This document shows positions 1-13,490 of a stretch of DNA of 64,000 nucleotides, piece after piece; position 1 is the stretch's first letter; the number at the start of each line of letters is the position of its first letter. The stretch comes from the human T2T-CHM13v2.0 reference genome, Homo sapiens. The position numbers and the translations under genes were made by a program. The stretch lies in assembly GCF_009914755.1 (NCBI RefSeq), contig NC_060939.1. One strand, written 5' to 3'. Below the pieces are notes generated by a model, which was given only the letters and a program-made list of their open reading frames with translations, was not told the DNA's origin and did not search any database.

Positions 1-1687
1 ACTACTGGTATAAAAAGTAATCTCAACATTATTATATTTATATATACTCTTAATCAGTGATAAATGTATTAATAAACAGTATGTAAACTTAATATATAAA
101 CAATCATTTGAAGCAACCAAAAGTCAGATGAATGTCTTCAGATTCCTCATCCTAATTTTATTGGCTAAAGATGCTTTAGAAGAAGCATAAAATGCTCTGG
201 GAGAAAAAAGGCTTCTACTGGCCTAGGTTTGTGAGCATTCAGTAACTAGTTTCAGAGGTTGTTTAGGGTTTCTCAAGCTCAGAGTCACTGTCATCATTTT
301 TTTGTTTGGCTTGATTCCCAGTCTCCCAGGCGCTCTCCACTTCAAACATTTTCTGCACACTTCTCAGAATTATTTTGCTTCCTGAAAGCTCTGACCATGT
401 CTTTCTGCTTCTCACAGGCCCCTGGAGGCTTCTCCTCACTCTTCAGCTTGCATGCTGACTGCCGCCTTCAAAACTCTCTAACACTGTTCCCACATTACCT
501 ATCTGTCCTTGTTTCCCCAAAGTCACAACAATATGTTGTATGAAATGGCTAAAAGGATTCAGGGAAAAAGGCGCTTGTGGTGCACGTCTTTGTTAACCTG
601 GCTGTGTTGGCCTAGCTTGTTTTCAGCAATTCCCCAGCTAGTTGCAAGGTAAACGAGGAGCTCTGAGTTAGTGCTTGCTCAGGCTAGAGGCCTGCATGTG
701 ATCTGAGCCTTTGTACACAAGTAGTAGGAATATATACATTCGATAGACATTTTCATAAGCAATTTTTCTCTTTTTTAACTTTAATGTCTTCCCATATTGC
801 ATTCATCTGCATAACAGTAAACACATGCCCCGACAGAAAGTTGCAGGCAGGGATATTTATTTATAACAGATGGCACAGAGCAGGAGCATGATGAATTGGT
901 GTGTGGCTCCTGAACTAGCAGGCCCATAAATAAAGTATCCTCAAAGCTACTTTGGGGATCTTGCTTGCTCAGAAGGAAGAAAGGAAAGATGATGCTCACA
1001 ATTTTGTTGCCTTATATAATATAATCCCAAACATGTGCAATTTAACGACAAGCAACCAAAATCTTATAACTGAGTTTTTTCGTTGAAAAAATTTATTCAT
1101 AGATAGCTTTTCAGACCTATGAAACAATTACAGCAATAACAGTTTTCTTTCCTTAGTTCCTTTTATGTTTATTGATCTAATGACTCAATGCATTCTAAAA
1201 AGCATAAATTTGCAACTAATAATGGTCAAAACAAGACATAGACCAATAATATTTACATAACCCTTTGTGTAAAACCTTATGACAGAGAGAATAATGAGTT
1301 TATTTCCAAGAATATAGTTATTAATGACACAAATGCAATTCCTTGAAATTTGAAAAATTTTGTTGCTTTCTCAATATACAAAGCACACTAGGATAGTAAA
1401 TATAAAAGCCAAATTTGGCTGATCTTGTATATGTGAATCATTTATTTAAAGGATTCAGAGACAAAACATGTTTTTTTTTCCCATCAACTTTGGGGTTTTA
1501 TTGGCCTTGTTACTATTTTTAAGGGGTCCTGAAGTTGAAATTTAACAGTATTATCGATTCTGGCACAGGTGTAGTGAGCCAAACATTTTCATAGAAATAC
1601 GCGTGTGAGTGTAAATGTGTATATGTGTATGTGAGGGGGGTTTATGTTTATATATTGTTTAACCTTATAAAAACCTCTGCCATTATT

Positions 1688-1984
<297 letters not shown>

Positions 1985-2523
1985 TTCTGCCATTATTTTG
2001 ATGTTGGAAAAACACCAAATGGTATAGAGAGGTCTTAGCCTATGGGGAATTATTTTTCACATTTCAAACATATAATCTGGACATAGACTGTGCTTCAATC
2101 ACTGTTTTGTTTGAACTGGCAATTCCTTAAGTGAAACAAGTAGTTTGACTCAACATCAAATTTACTATTTTGACTCCTTTTTGTTTAATGAGGTGAAGGA
2201 AAGTCAGAGGCTCATCATCCTTATAAATTAAACAAAATAGGCTAACATCCTGGTAGTGCACCAGTCCTCATAATCACAAAGTCAAATTGCTCTAAGCCCT
2301 TTGCATATTTTTCAGAAATTTTGCTAGAGGCAAAAATATAGAGGACAATATAACTTAATGAAACAACTGAAGGCAAAGAGCAGAGTTATTACAGGAAAAA
2401 AGTTAAAGATGATATTTAAAAGTTTTATTTGTTTACTGGACAAATACGTATTGAGTAGTTGCAATGTTATATGAAGTATGCTAGGTGCACCCAAACAAAG
2501 GTGCGTAAGAAAATCCTGTGTGG

Positions 2524-2820
2524 GGCCGGGCACAGTGGCTCACGCCTGTAATCCCAGCACTTTGGGAGGCCGAGGCGGGCAGATCATGAGGTCAGGAGAT
2601 CAAGACCATCCTGGCTAACACGGTGAAACCCCGTCTATACTAAAAGTACAGAAAAATTAGCCGGGCTTGGTGGCGGGCGCCTGTAGTCCCAGCTACTCGG
2701 AGGCTGAGGCAGGAGAATGATGGGAACCTGGGAGGCGGAGCTTGCGGTGAGCCGAGCTCTCGCCACTGCACTCCAGCCTGGGCGACAGTGCAAGACTCCA
2801 TCTCAAAAAAAAAAAAAAAA
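2524..2820 (+). mobile_element. AluY, full length
   Basis: GGCCGGGCACAGTGGCTCAC start; AluY diagnostics (gaggtcaggagatcaagaccatcctggctaacacggtg; ggaggcggagcttgc); poly(A) tail; TSD aagaaaatcctgtg on both sides. Confidence 0.96.
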
Positions 2821-3279
2821 GAAAATCCTGTGGGGGAGATAGGCAGATTCTAACTGCAATAGAATGTGGCAAAACGTCTGGTGGAGATATCCAAACGGCA
2901 TTATGGGAGCAAAGGAGTGGTACTAAACCCTACTTGATGGGCTGGGTGAAAGAAAGAATGCCCTCTTTTTCAAATGTGGCTACAATGCCTCTTACTGATG
3001 TCTCTTGGAAAAAAATTTGACTTTAAAAAATGTCTGAGAATTATTTGTACTTTAAATTTGAATTTGGTAACTATATAAGAATAATTTACATGTGCTTTCG
3101 AAACGTATCGTTTAGAAAAATCTTGAGGATGATTTTAAAAGACTAGGGCTTTGATGAGATAATACTTACAAAACCCTTAGTATACTAGCAGTACATGGCA
3201 AATGCTATAAATCTAAGCTGCTGTATTATTACTATACTTGTTATTACTGACACTACTGCTATGACTAATACTTCAGTAT

Positions 3280-3310
3280 TAGTATAGTATAGTATAGTAT
3301 AGCATAGTAT
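3280..3310. repeat. (TAGTA)n pentanucleotide microsatellite
   Basis: tagtatagtatagtatagtatagcatagtat read directly. Confidence 0.9.
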
Positions 3311-3395
3311 AAACTGCACGGGTTAGTGGTTAGAAACAATGAGAACAGTTCATGGGAAAGTGCCCTTGTTAAACTTAGTAAAAAAAAGAATACTC

Positions 3396-3693
3396 TTTTT
3401 TTTTTTTTTTTTTGAGATGGAGTCTCGCTCTTTCGCCCAGGCCATACTGCAGTGGTGCAATCTCGGCTCGCTGCAAGCTCTGCCTCCCGGGTTCACCCAT
3501 TCTTCTGCCTCAGCCTCCCGAGTAGCTGGGACTACAGGCGCCTACCACCGTGCCCGGCTAATTTTTTGTATTTTTAGTAGAGGCGGGGTTTCAGCGTGTT
3601 AGCCAGGATGGTCTCGATCTCCTGACCTCATGATCCGCCCGCCTTGGCCTCCCAAAGTGCTGGGATTACAGGCGTGAGCCACAGCGCCCGGTT
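3396..3693 (-). mobile_element. AluY, full length
   Basis: Poly(T) then gagatggagtctcgctc...ctgcaagctc...gttagccaggatggtctcgatctcctgacctcatgatccgccc; no clear TSD. Confidence 0.95.
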
Positions 3694-3714
3694 GACATTT
3701 TTATTAATAGTAGT

Positions 3715-4180
3715 TAGGGGTGTGTTCAGTTGTAAAAATCAGAATAAACAATATCTGAAAAAAGATGCTTATTGGTTTTTTTGTTATTGCATACAAAAGA
3801 GGCCAGAAATGGGTTGTTTTTGGCAATGACATTGCAGCTTAACAATATCAGGGCCCACCTCTCTGGGGTTGTCATGTTTTACTTGCTGTGTTGATTCATT
3901 AGTGTAAGAAGACTATTAAGCTTTCATCCATTCTGTATGTCTTCCAAGCAAGAAAAGGGGAAGCTATTATCTTGTAATGCTTTGCCTTTTTATTCTGGAA
4001 GGGAAGACTTTTCAGCAGAATTCATCCTATCTCTTAGTATGAAGAACTGTGCCACATGACCATCTTAGTTATAATAGGGGCCAGGAAATTGAATATTTAA
4101 CTTACCAATTTTTAGAGTAGAGGGAGGAAAGGAAGAAACTTTTTGGGAATAAATTTTGAGTGGACTAACCTACACTGTAT
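3715..4180 (-). mobile_element. Ancient MaLR LTR remnant (MLT1J/K-like)
   Basis: Degenerate motif gccacatgaccatcttagttataataggggccaggaaattgaat resembles the MLT1 core; boundaries approximate. Confidence 0.4.
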
Positions 4181-5779
4181 TGTCTCATATTATAATTAAT
4201 ACTGTGATGAATCAAAAATGACAGTTTATATTTTCATAGCCATAACTCAAGTCGAATGTCTGAAATAACTGCATTAATTCTGATAAAATCTCTACAAGGT
4301 TTCCTTTATGTTTGTGACTTCTTTGTTAGATAGATGAACTGAACTCTTGAACAAACTGTAATCTTTTTGATATGCCTTTTTTATTTTTAAAGAAAAACTG
4401 TTAATAAAATAAATTCATAGATTTCTTTTTCACAAAAGAAACTAAATCATGTGTAGCATGCATTTATGGCAATCTGTTGTCACTTCATAATCTGCCTCTG
4501 TATATGAGATTGCTGATGCTCAGCCTGACAGCCTCAAGTCTTTACAAAATCCTGAATGAAAGATTCAATGGAGATCATCTACCTCAAATCTGGAAACATG
4601 TCATGTCTTGTGCAAATATACTTACAGAAGTAGTGAGGCCAAATATTTGAAATGGGAGCTGTCCCAGAAAATTGAATATCCATGGTTACTATAACTACGC
4701 TTACTAGAATAACAAAGGTCCAAAAACATATTTTAGAAAGTTTTTAAACAATAAAAGTGTGTGTTGCTTCTCCATCTCCTCTTCCAGCAAGCTAAACACA
4801 TATGAATTGAAAAAGTAAAATTAATTGCAACTCATGCTAATCACTTAATGGTGCTGGTTAATCGACGTTTTGCTTAGTAGTTTACATTTGCCAGTCATTT
4901 GTCATACCTGACAAATCATTCCAAATGTGTAGATGTTCCCTCTCAGACTAGATGAGAAACTGTGATTTCTCTCTCTTTGTTCCTCCCACACCTACTTGAC
5001 TGATGATCTTGGCCCTCCTTAACCATTCCACATGCTTTTTGCTCTTCATTTATTTTCATTGTCCCACTGTACTTTAGCTCAAGGTTAGCTTAATATAGAA
5101 ATAGCAAATAGAAAGGTGCCAAGGATCCCAGGATATACTTTCCTAGGAAAAGCAAGCTGGTGTTTTTAGTTCTTTGCTCAGTCTCATTTGCATTCCCTCA
5201 CATCAGAAAATGGCATAGTTTGTATAGACAATTGCCATTTATAAATATTTAGCAGGGGCTCATCTTCTCTATGCAGTAAAAGAGAGTATTGAAGTGATTA
5301 GCTATTCACAACTAACTGGCCCAAAGAATGTGATTTATTGCCAAAGATTCAAGTCAATGCATTGACACTTATTCTCTTTTATCCCTTCAGCATGTAAGTA
5401 TTTATCTCTTATCTGGAGCTAAATTAAAGAAATTCTCAACTGAGTAGCATCATTGTAACATCTTCTGATCAGACAGTAGGTTATTTTGTCTCCAGCCACA
5501 TGTGCCTCTGTTACTAAGGAACCAAAATCAATAATTATCAGAGAATACACAAATATCCAACACAGATAACCAGTTTCCTTTTTTTCTTTGCCTCAGACTT
5601 CAGAAATCTAAGAAGAGACCTAGTTTCAGGTGTATCTTATACTTTGTAAATTCAGCAATCAAAATTCAGGACTTGGGGAGAATTCTAAAGGATGGAGTTA
5701 AATTTGTAATACAATGGTCCTCAGGTCAAAGATGACTAGAAGGAACAGGTTTGTTGTTCTTTTTTGCCAATAACAGAGA

Positions 5780-5860
5780 CATTAAATTCTAATGTATGAC
5801 CCTAGTTAAGTCACTTTACTTTTTTGGATCTCTGTTTTCCTATCTAATGTGGAATATTTT
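5780..5860 (+). mobile_element. MIR core fragment
   Basis: tgtatgaccctagttaagtcactttac...tctctgttttcctatct resembles the MIR core. Confidence 0.55.
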
Positions 5861-6809
5861 TGTATTTCCTTTGCTATTCCAAAAGTCTCTTTGGAAAATG
5901 AAAATGGAAATCCTTTTTAAATATGAATACTCTGAAAGCACTTCGGTTGAAGTCCCACATTTCACCTTCTAAAATATTGTATTTCAAGTGTTTGTCTTAA
6001 TCTTTCAGATTATTTCTTCTAGTACAGTTATTTGCCCAACAGATTGTGTATGTTTTTAGAAATGTAATAAAGACAACTACCTTTGTGGCTTCTTTCTGGT
6101 GGTCCACATGTTATTCTTCTATACCTCAGTGGGTTAAATACTTAGGATTTCAGTCTAATTTGGCTTGCTCAGCTGTTGTTGACCTTTTTCTCAGAAACCA
6201 TTTAGTCAATCCAATGCTCTGATGGTCTGTAAGAGCATTACTTTTATGGAACCCCCTAGGCATAACTACTTAGAAAATTTGCCTGCATGCTCTGTAATTG
6301 TCAGTGAAATTGGGAAGATTAAATTCAAACGCAGCAAGAAAGTATGATAATAACAAGTTCAGAACAGTTGAAATGCTTCTGATTTTGAGAACTGTTTTGA
6401 TGGAGGGAAATACATCATACCTCTGGAATGCATGTGCTGCTGCTGTTTGGGGGACATGAGTGAGGGTAGGACATATATTACAAAACAGAGATTTTACAGG
6501 TGGTTGTAATTGTGTGGTGGGGGTGGAAAAAGGACATTTTCATAGTCTAAAAGTCCATGCATGCAGGCTATTTCAGGGGGAAAAAACCATGTCTCCACCC
6601 AGTCCACCCCCACCATTGTTTTCTCTGTGTTTATCTTTGCTAATTTTGCTTTGGATTTTTCTGATGTCTACTAATTTATTGCATTTTTAATCAGTTTTGA
6701 CTTCTCTTCTTTTCCAGAAACAATGTATTACCACTGACTTCCTGATATCTCTAGTATTGAATATAGAGCACAGACACCCATCAAGGTCCACTAATTCCAA
6801 ATTTCGTTA

Positions 6810-6900
6810 GGAAATTACTATGATCATATTCATTGTTATATCCAAGAATCTAGCAGAGTGATTGGCACACAATTAACATGTTAAATAAATGAAGTGAATC
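6810..6900 (+). mobile_element. L2 3'-end fragment
   Basis: tcatattcattgttatatccaagaatctagcagagtgattggcacac...taaatgaagtgaat. Confidence 0.55.
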
Positions 6901-8039
6901 TTTATATAATGAAGTCTTTGTTAGCTCTTATTGAGGGCTATTTCAATATGAAAATAATACAAACCTGGAGTCATTAGAATCACTCCAAGGGATGTATTGG
7001 AAGGATCTGTATGTAGTACAGAAACATGCCTTGTATTGTTTCTCCTGAGTACAAGTTTCAACAACTAGACTGCTCTCGAATGCATATATATGGATGCATG
7101 TACATTTATATTTGAAGTTTTCCTATTAGAATTATTTTCCAAAATCACATTCTAATTTATCATTTCCCCCTTTCCTCTGAATTGTTTATTTTTAAGTACA
7201 TAAGTAATTTATGCATACATTTACAATGTTAAAATATTCAAACAGTGAATACGTGGTCTAAAAATTGAACAACTCTTTTCACCCTGTTCTTCTCAATTCC
7301 ATTTCCCCATATTTAACAGATATTTAAAGTACTGCTTTATCAATACCCTTAAATGTTGATGTGTAGCATATTCGTTGTTCTTCACATCTAAATATTTTGC
7401 TAATTCCCATGACAGTTTCAATTTTATCTATTATCCTGTGAATTTTATATTTCCAAACTGAAGGGTCTTTTATGGGGGGATGGGAGTGGGTACCACCTTT
7501 TTCATTGAGGTACTAGCTATATTTTTCATATATATTTGTGACTTTTCTCTTTTTGTGACGTGTGGTGAGAGATATAATATGGTTGGCATGATACAAAGTT
7601 TTTGGTACTCATTAAGACTTTGTTTTGGGCCAAATACATGGTCAGTTTTGTAAATGTTCCAATATAAGCATAAAAGTACTGTGTATATATTAAATTTTAG
7701 ATGCAGAGTTCTATATAGTTTCCTTAGATTGTGATTATATTGCTATTTACATCTTGTATATCCTCATTAATTATAAATTTTTATTTTTTTATTAACTTGT
7801 GTGGTTCCTTAATATCTCTCAGTATAATTGTAAACTTGTAAATTTTTTCACTTTAATTCAGTCAAATTATTTAGGGTTTTTTGTTAGGTAGATATAGGTT
7901 TGATATTATTATAGCTTCCTGATGATGTGTTCATTTTTCATAATATATATTGACTGTTGTATTGTTGCTCTTAACCTTAAAATCTATTTAATCTGATATT
8001 ATAATGATATTAACTTTATTTTTGTTAGTATTTTCTGAG

Positions 8040-8569
8040 TGTGGTATTTTGATTGTATTGATCATCCCAATTAATGTCCTCCACAGACATCTATGCTCTT
8101 GGCTGTCACTTGGTAGCACCTCTCATAAAGAGATGAAGTCACTTTTACCATTTCTTGAAAATGAATTTGTCTTGTGACTTGCTTTGGCCTATAGAGTAAA
8201 GTAGAAATACCAGTGTGCCTCTTAGAAGCTTAGACTTCGAGGGGCCTTTTGTGTTTCTCCTCTGTCTTAGAATCCTGTCACTGCTCACGCTAGCCGATTG
8301 GATGAGAGACATGCAACCCACTGACAGTCCTCTTCCTTGCCTCAGTCAGGAGCTAGCATCCAAATGAAGCCATCCTGGACTAGCAGTCCTGCCAACCCCC
8401 TAGTTGTCTGCAGATGCAAATGAGCCCAGTCAAATTTAGCTGATCCTGGCCCATATCCCCCACTAGTTCCCAGTTGACCTGACTCATGTGAAATTATAAA
8501 AGTTATGTTTTTAACCCACTGAACTCTGGGGTGGTTTGTTGTATAGCAATAGCTAATTGTTGAATAGCA
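8040..8569 (+). mobile_element. MaLR solo LTR (MLT1F/G/H-like) nested in old L1
   Basis: TG start (tgtggtattttg), internal tgtgacttgctttggcc, 3' end ttaacccactgaactctggggtggtttgttgtatagcaatagctaa. Confidence 0.8.
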
Positions 8570-8716
8570 ATGGCTAAACAATATGAATTTGTGTAACTGT
8601 TCAATGGTTTCTTTCATTTTTAAATTACTGATAATATTCATTTTAAAACATGCCATTTTACTATTTTTCTTATCTATGCTATATTTTTGAGTCTTTTTAA
8701 AATATCATGTAACTAG

Positions 8717-8898
8717 GAGAGAGGGGAGCAAGGGTTGAAAAACCACCTATTGGGTACTATGTCTACTACTTGGGCAATGGGATCATCAGAAGCCCAAACC
8801 TCAGCATCATGCAGTGTACCCATGTAGCAAACCTGTACATGTATCCCTTGAATCTAAAATAGAAAAAAAAAATGCCAAAGTTGCAAAATAAATAAAAT
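8717..8898 (+). mobile_element. Severely 5'-truncated L1 3'UTR (L1PA13-16/L1PB-like)
   Basis: ggttgaaaaaccacctattgggtactatg...aaacctgtacatgtatcccttgaatctaaaata plus A-rich tail; imperfect 18-bp TSD aaaatatcatgtaactag / aaaatatcatatggctag. Confidence 0.88.
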
Positions 8899-9730
8899 AA
8901 AATATCATATGGCTAGTTTCCAAAAATCCAGTCTGAAAGTTTCTTGGTCCATTTATTATCACGGTAAGTACTGATGTGTATGTATGTGCACAGCCCCTTT
9001 TGTGATTTTTTTTTGTTTGCCTTTTGTTGTTGTTCATTGTTTCTATTTCTCTGCTTTACATTGGGTTGATAAAGTTTTCTTTATTTTCCTATTTTCTCTT
9101 TACTGGTTTAGTAGAAATACTTTCCATTTTTGTTAGTAGTTATCCTGACATTTTTAATATGCATACTTTTCTCAACAATGTTTAAAATGATCATTATATT
9201 TATCTTCCCCTCGAGCAATACAAGATCAAGATCATTAGAGTATTTTAACTTGTATTACCATCTCTATTTACATGCTAGTATTATCTAGGATTTTAGAACA
9301 ACCTTGGTTTTAGTTCCTCCTTCTAGATAAGTGACCATTACTTTTTATAGTCAATGTTTCTTCAGGGTTTTTTTTTTACATATTTAATCTGTTACTTTGA
9401 TCATTGTTGCTTCCTACATTCCATTTATTTCTTCCGTAATTTTCTTCTTTATAAAGTCCAATTTTTGATAGTTCTTTTAAGAATAGTCTGTAAATGGAGA
9501 TTCTCTCAGTTTTTGTTCATCTGAGGAATATTTTTAGTTTGCCTTGAGTAATAGTTTAGCTGCGCATAGAATTCAGGGTTGGCGATTATTTTCTCTTAAC
9601 ACTTTGAAGATATTATTTAGTATCTATTGGTACTATTGAGAGAAGTCTGCTGTGCTTGAAATGATTTGCCTTATATAGGCATTCCCTTAAGTTAGGCAAT
9701 GCTAAGCCATTTCTATCTTTGAATATTGTC

Positions 9731-10127
9731 TGTATTAGTAAGTTCTTGCTAATTTATAAGATTGTAATTTATAAGAAAAGAGGTTTAATTGGCTCATGGT
9801 TCTGCAGGCTGTACAGGAATCATGGAAGAGTCTGCTTCTGGGGATGCCTCAGAGTGCTTTTACTTAAGGCAGAAGGCAAGGCGGGAGCAGGCAGTTCAAA
9901 TGGCAAAAGCAGGAGCAAGAGAGGGGTGGGGAGTGCTACACACTTTTAAACAACCACTCACTGAGAACTCACTCACCATCGTGAGAACAGTACTGAGGGG
10001 ATGGTGCTAAACCATTCATGAGAAATACACCCCGTGATCCAGCCACCTCCCTCCAGACCCCACCTCCAACACTGGAGATTACAATTCAACATGCGATTTG
10101 TGTGGGCACACAGACCAAACCATATCA
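9731..10127 (-). mobile_element. MST (MSTA/MSTB-type) MaLR solo LTR
   Basis: tgtattagt...taatttataagaaaagaggtttaattggctcatggttctgcaggctgtacagg...accaaaccatatca; TG..CA ends; ~5-bp TSD ttgtc/ttttc. Confidence 0.92.
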
Positions 10128-10546
10128 TTTTCTCTATTCCAATTCTTTAAAATCATCTTTTAGAGATATATTTGCCCTTTTTTGTCTGTCCCCTATAGCT
10201 CTTATTCTCATTTTCATGGTTTTTTTTTTTTTTTTGTCTCTTTTAATTTGTATTCCCTGTGCTGTATTCTTTGGTAGTTTTCCAAGATTTATGCCTTTGT
10301 TCATTAATTGACTCTCAGTATCTGTATCTCATCTTCTGTTTAACCCATTTACTGAAGTTTCAGTGATTGCAGTTGTTTATTCTCTAAGTTTTTTTCATTT
10401 CTCTTCTAAATCTGCCTCTTCTTTTGGCACAGGTTTTGTTCTTTACCTATGTTTTTATTCCTTCTTTCATGTCTTTAACACTTTTAAATATTAAATATTT
10501 TATATTCTTATTCAAATTATTATTCTATTATTTTATTATTTCTAAT

Positions 10547-10886
10547 GTCTACAGAAGTCAACCTTCAGAAGATTCAAGTGCAAGTGGTTTATTTGGGAGG
10601 TGAAGGAAGCATGTGGGAAATAGCATAGAACACCTGCTTCAGAGTTAATCGCATGTCCCTCTTCTACCTAGGAGTAAGGGAGCTGGGGTGTTTATATCTT
10701 AGTCATTGGTTGAGTGTTAACTCCTTGGAACATGTAGCCAGCTGTATGCGAGGCTTATGCTGCTGCTTTAGAGGCAGTCCTCGGTAAAGATGTACAGATA
10801 CCTACAGGTGAAAGTTGACAAGAAACATGAAATGGTATACTCCAAGGTCCAAGGCATGCTAGGAGGGTAATGAATATTTGCTACAA
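10547..10886 (-). mobile_element. ERVL LTR (LTR16/LTR33-like)
   Basis: gattcaagtgcaagtggtttatttgggaggtga is the reverse of the typical LTR16/33 3' segment; ends ...tttgctaca. Confidence 0.6.
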
Positions 10887-11749
10887 GAAGTTAATCCTCC
10901 CACTGATTTTGTTACTGGCTCTTGCTTATGTGTGTTTTGTAACTTTTAACTATGAGAATATCTTTAGAGGTGGTGTGTGTGTGTGCATGGGAATGTGTGT
11001 GTATGTGTGTGTGTAAATTATCTGCTTTCTGTACTTAAGTATCTCTCCATAGTGGTTTTACTTTTACTTCTGCCTTGTGTCCCTAAGGCCAATTTTTTTT
11101 TATTAGTTTGTCATTTGAGGAACCCTGAACAATGAAGGTTATATAAATTCCATCTAGTCTTAAGTCTGTGCATGTTACAGGCTTGGGATTTTAATTAATC
11201 ATTTTCTTTTCCCTGGAGCTGATAGACGAGCTTCCTTGACATATCCCTTGTGTGGTGGTCTATTTTCTTCCTATTCTCCTTTTCTCTGAAGGTGTGGCTT
11301 TGAAGGTCCTGACTTTGTGCTCAGTTTTAATTCTAAATCTTTGCATCATATAAGGCCCAAGTTCTTATTTCCTGTTCTTGAATATGCTTTGCAATCCTAA
11401 GCCCCTGGCTGTTGCCAAATTTGAGGACCCTACCCGAAGGCTGCTGCAGAGTCAGCTCATGTGCTTACAATTAGGGCTTTCAGTTCCTTTGTTTCTGCCT
11501 ACCTGGGATTTCCTTTTTTTCTTTCAAACTTAGATATGCATTAAAAATTTTGTTGTGTTTTTAGATTATTATTTCTAGATGTTGATAGCAGGATAGTTTC
11601 AGCTTTATCTATGTCTGCTTTTTTTCTGGAATTGACCATATAGATTTTTAAATATTTTAAACATGCATAGGGTATTTAAAAATAACATAAATGTGCATGC
11701 CTTTAGTAAGATATTACACTGTTGAAGTTAAAAAAACTGTCCAGACCCT

Positions 11750-11895
11750 GGGAGTCTGGACAGTGTTCCTTCCTAATCGGGAATCTTCTATTAATGAGCT
11801 GTGCCTTAGACAAGCTATTTAAACATTTTATGACTCAGTTTAATCACATAAAAAAGAAAGTAGATACTTGCTAAGGTCCCTTCCAGGAATAAAAT
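11750..11895 (+). mobile_element. MIR fragment
   Basis: gctgtgccttagacaagctatttaaac...actcagttt...ctaaggtcccttccag. Confidence 0.6.
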
Positions 11896-12399
11896 TCCAC
11901 CAACTAGTTTACAATCTAGCACTCAGTGCTGATGCAGCCAATTTAAGATGGTTAATGTAATTAATAAATTGAGTCTACTTGCCTACCCTCTTTACTAGAC
12001 TATGAGTATCTTATGGGGCAGGACTGGATGGAGTCTTACATTTTTGTATAGCCAGTGCCTGAGCCTACTTTTAACAAAGCATGCTAGGAAATTTTGAGAG
12101 TGCTTTATACATGGATTTAGTGGTACAAAATCACTGTCTTTGCATTCTCTCCCTCCCAGTTGCTTCCTCATCAAAGCCAAAACCACCAAATTTCTCTCTT
12201 AATAACAAAACACACTGTTGGGAGTTTGCATATTTTTTCTGCTATTGTCCTATCTCCTTTCTTACTGGACAAGCTATATGAAATAATCATTTTACGTCTC
12301 CCTCTTCCAAACTCTTCTCCATTTTCATTCATAACTCTGATCTCTCCTGGCCTACTTCCACCCCTGTTGCTTTTCTTTCTTCATCCTCTTCTAATTCTG

Positions 12400-12690
12400 C
12401 ACCTAAAATCTTAAAATTATCTGGGAATTTTGCTTCTTCTAATTCAACATGCTCTCCCCAAGTCACATCATCTATTGCCAAAGCTTCAATTACTACTTGC
12501 ATGCTGATAATTTTCAAACCTGAAATAACGTGTTAGTATGTTTATTTATTGTATTTGTCAGTCTGTCTCTTCTTCTAAATTTAAACTCCATGAGAGCAGG
12601 GACCATATCTACCTTGTTCACCGCTATAGCCCCCAAATCTGAAACCAATCTGGCATGTAGTAGATGCTCAATACATATTACTTAATACAT
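12400..12690 (+). mobile_element. L2 3' fragment
   Basis: taaactccatgagagcagggaccatatctaccttgttcaccgctatagcccc...tggcatgtagtagatgctcaata. Confidence 0.7.
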
Positions 12691-12905
12691 GACAAGTTTT
12701 AGGATGTATGGCCTTACTAAAGCACAGTATTTGATTTTTGCCAACAGAGCAATCAGTGTATGCCTGACAAAAATAATTTCAAAAACTCAAAAAAATCTCA
12801 GAAAAATCTCAACTAGGGATTTTGAGAAGATAGGGGCAGCAGTGGCAGCATAGTTTTTGGAACTTTCCAAGTCTGTATGAAAACAGACAAAGAATAGCAA
12901 AATCA

Positions 12906-13490
<585 letters not shown>

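Larger units (their letters stand above)
7160..10540 (-). mobile_element. Old mammalian L1 (L1M) fragment interrupted by younger insertions
   Basis: T-rich antisense L1 ORF2-like motifs (aagactttgttttgggccaaatacatggtcagtttttgtaaatgttcc; gtagagattctctcagtttttg-like; gagaagtctgctg); boundaries approximate. Confidence 0.65.
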
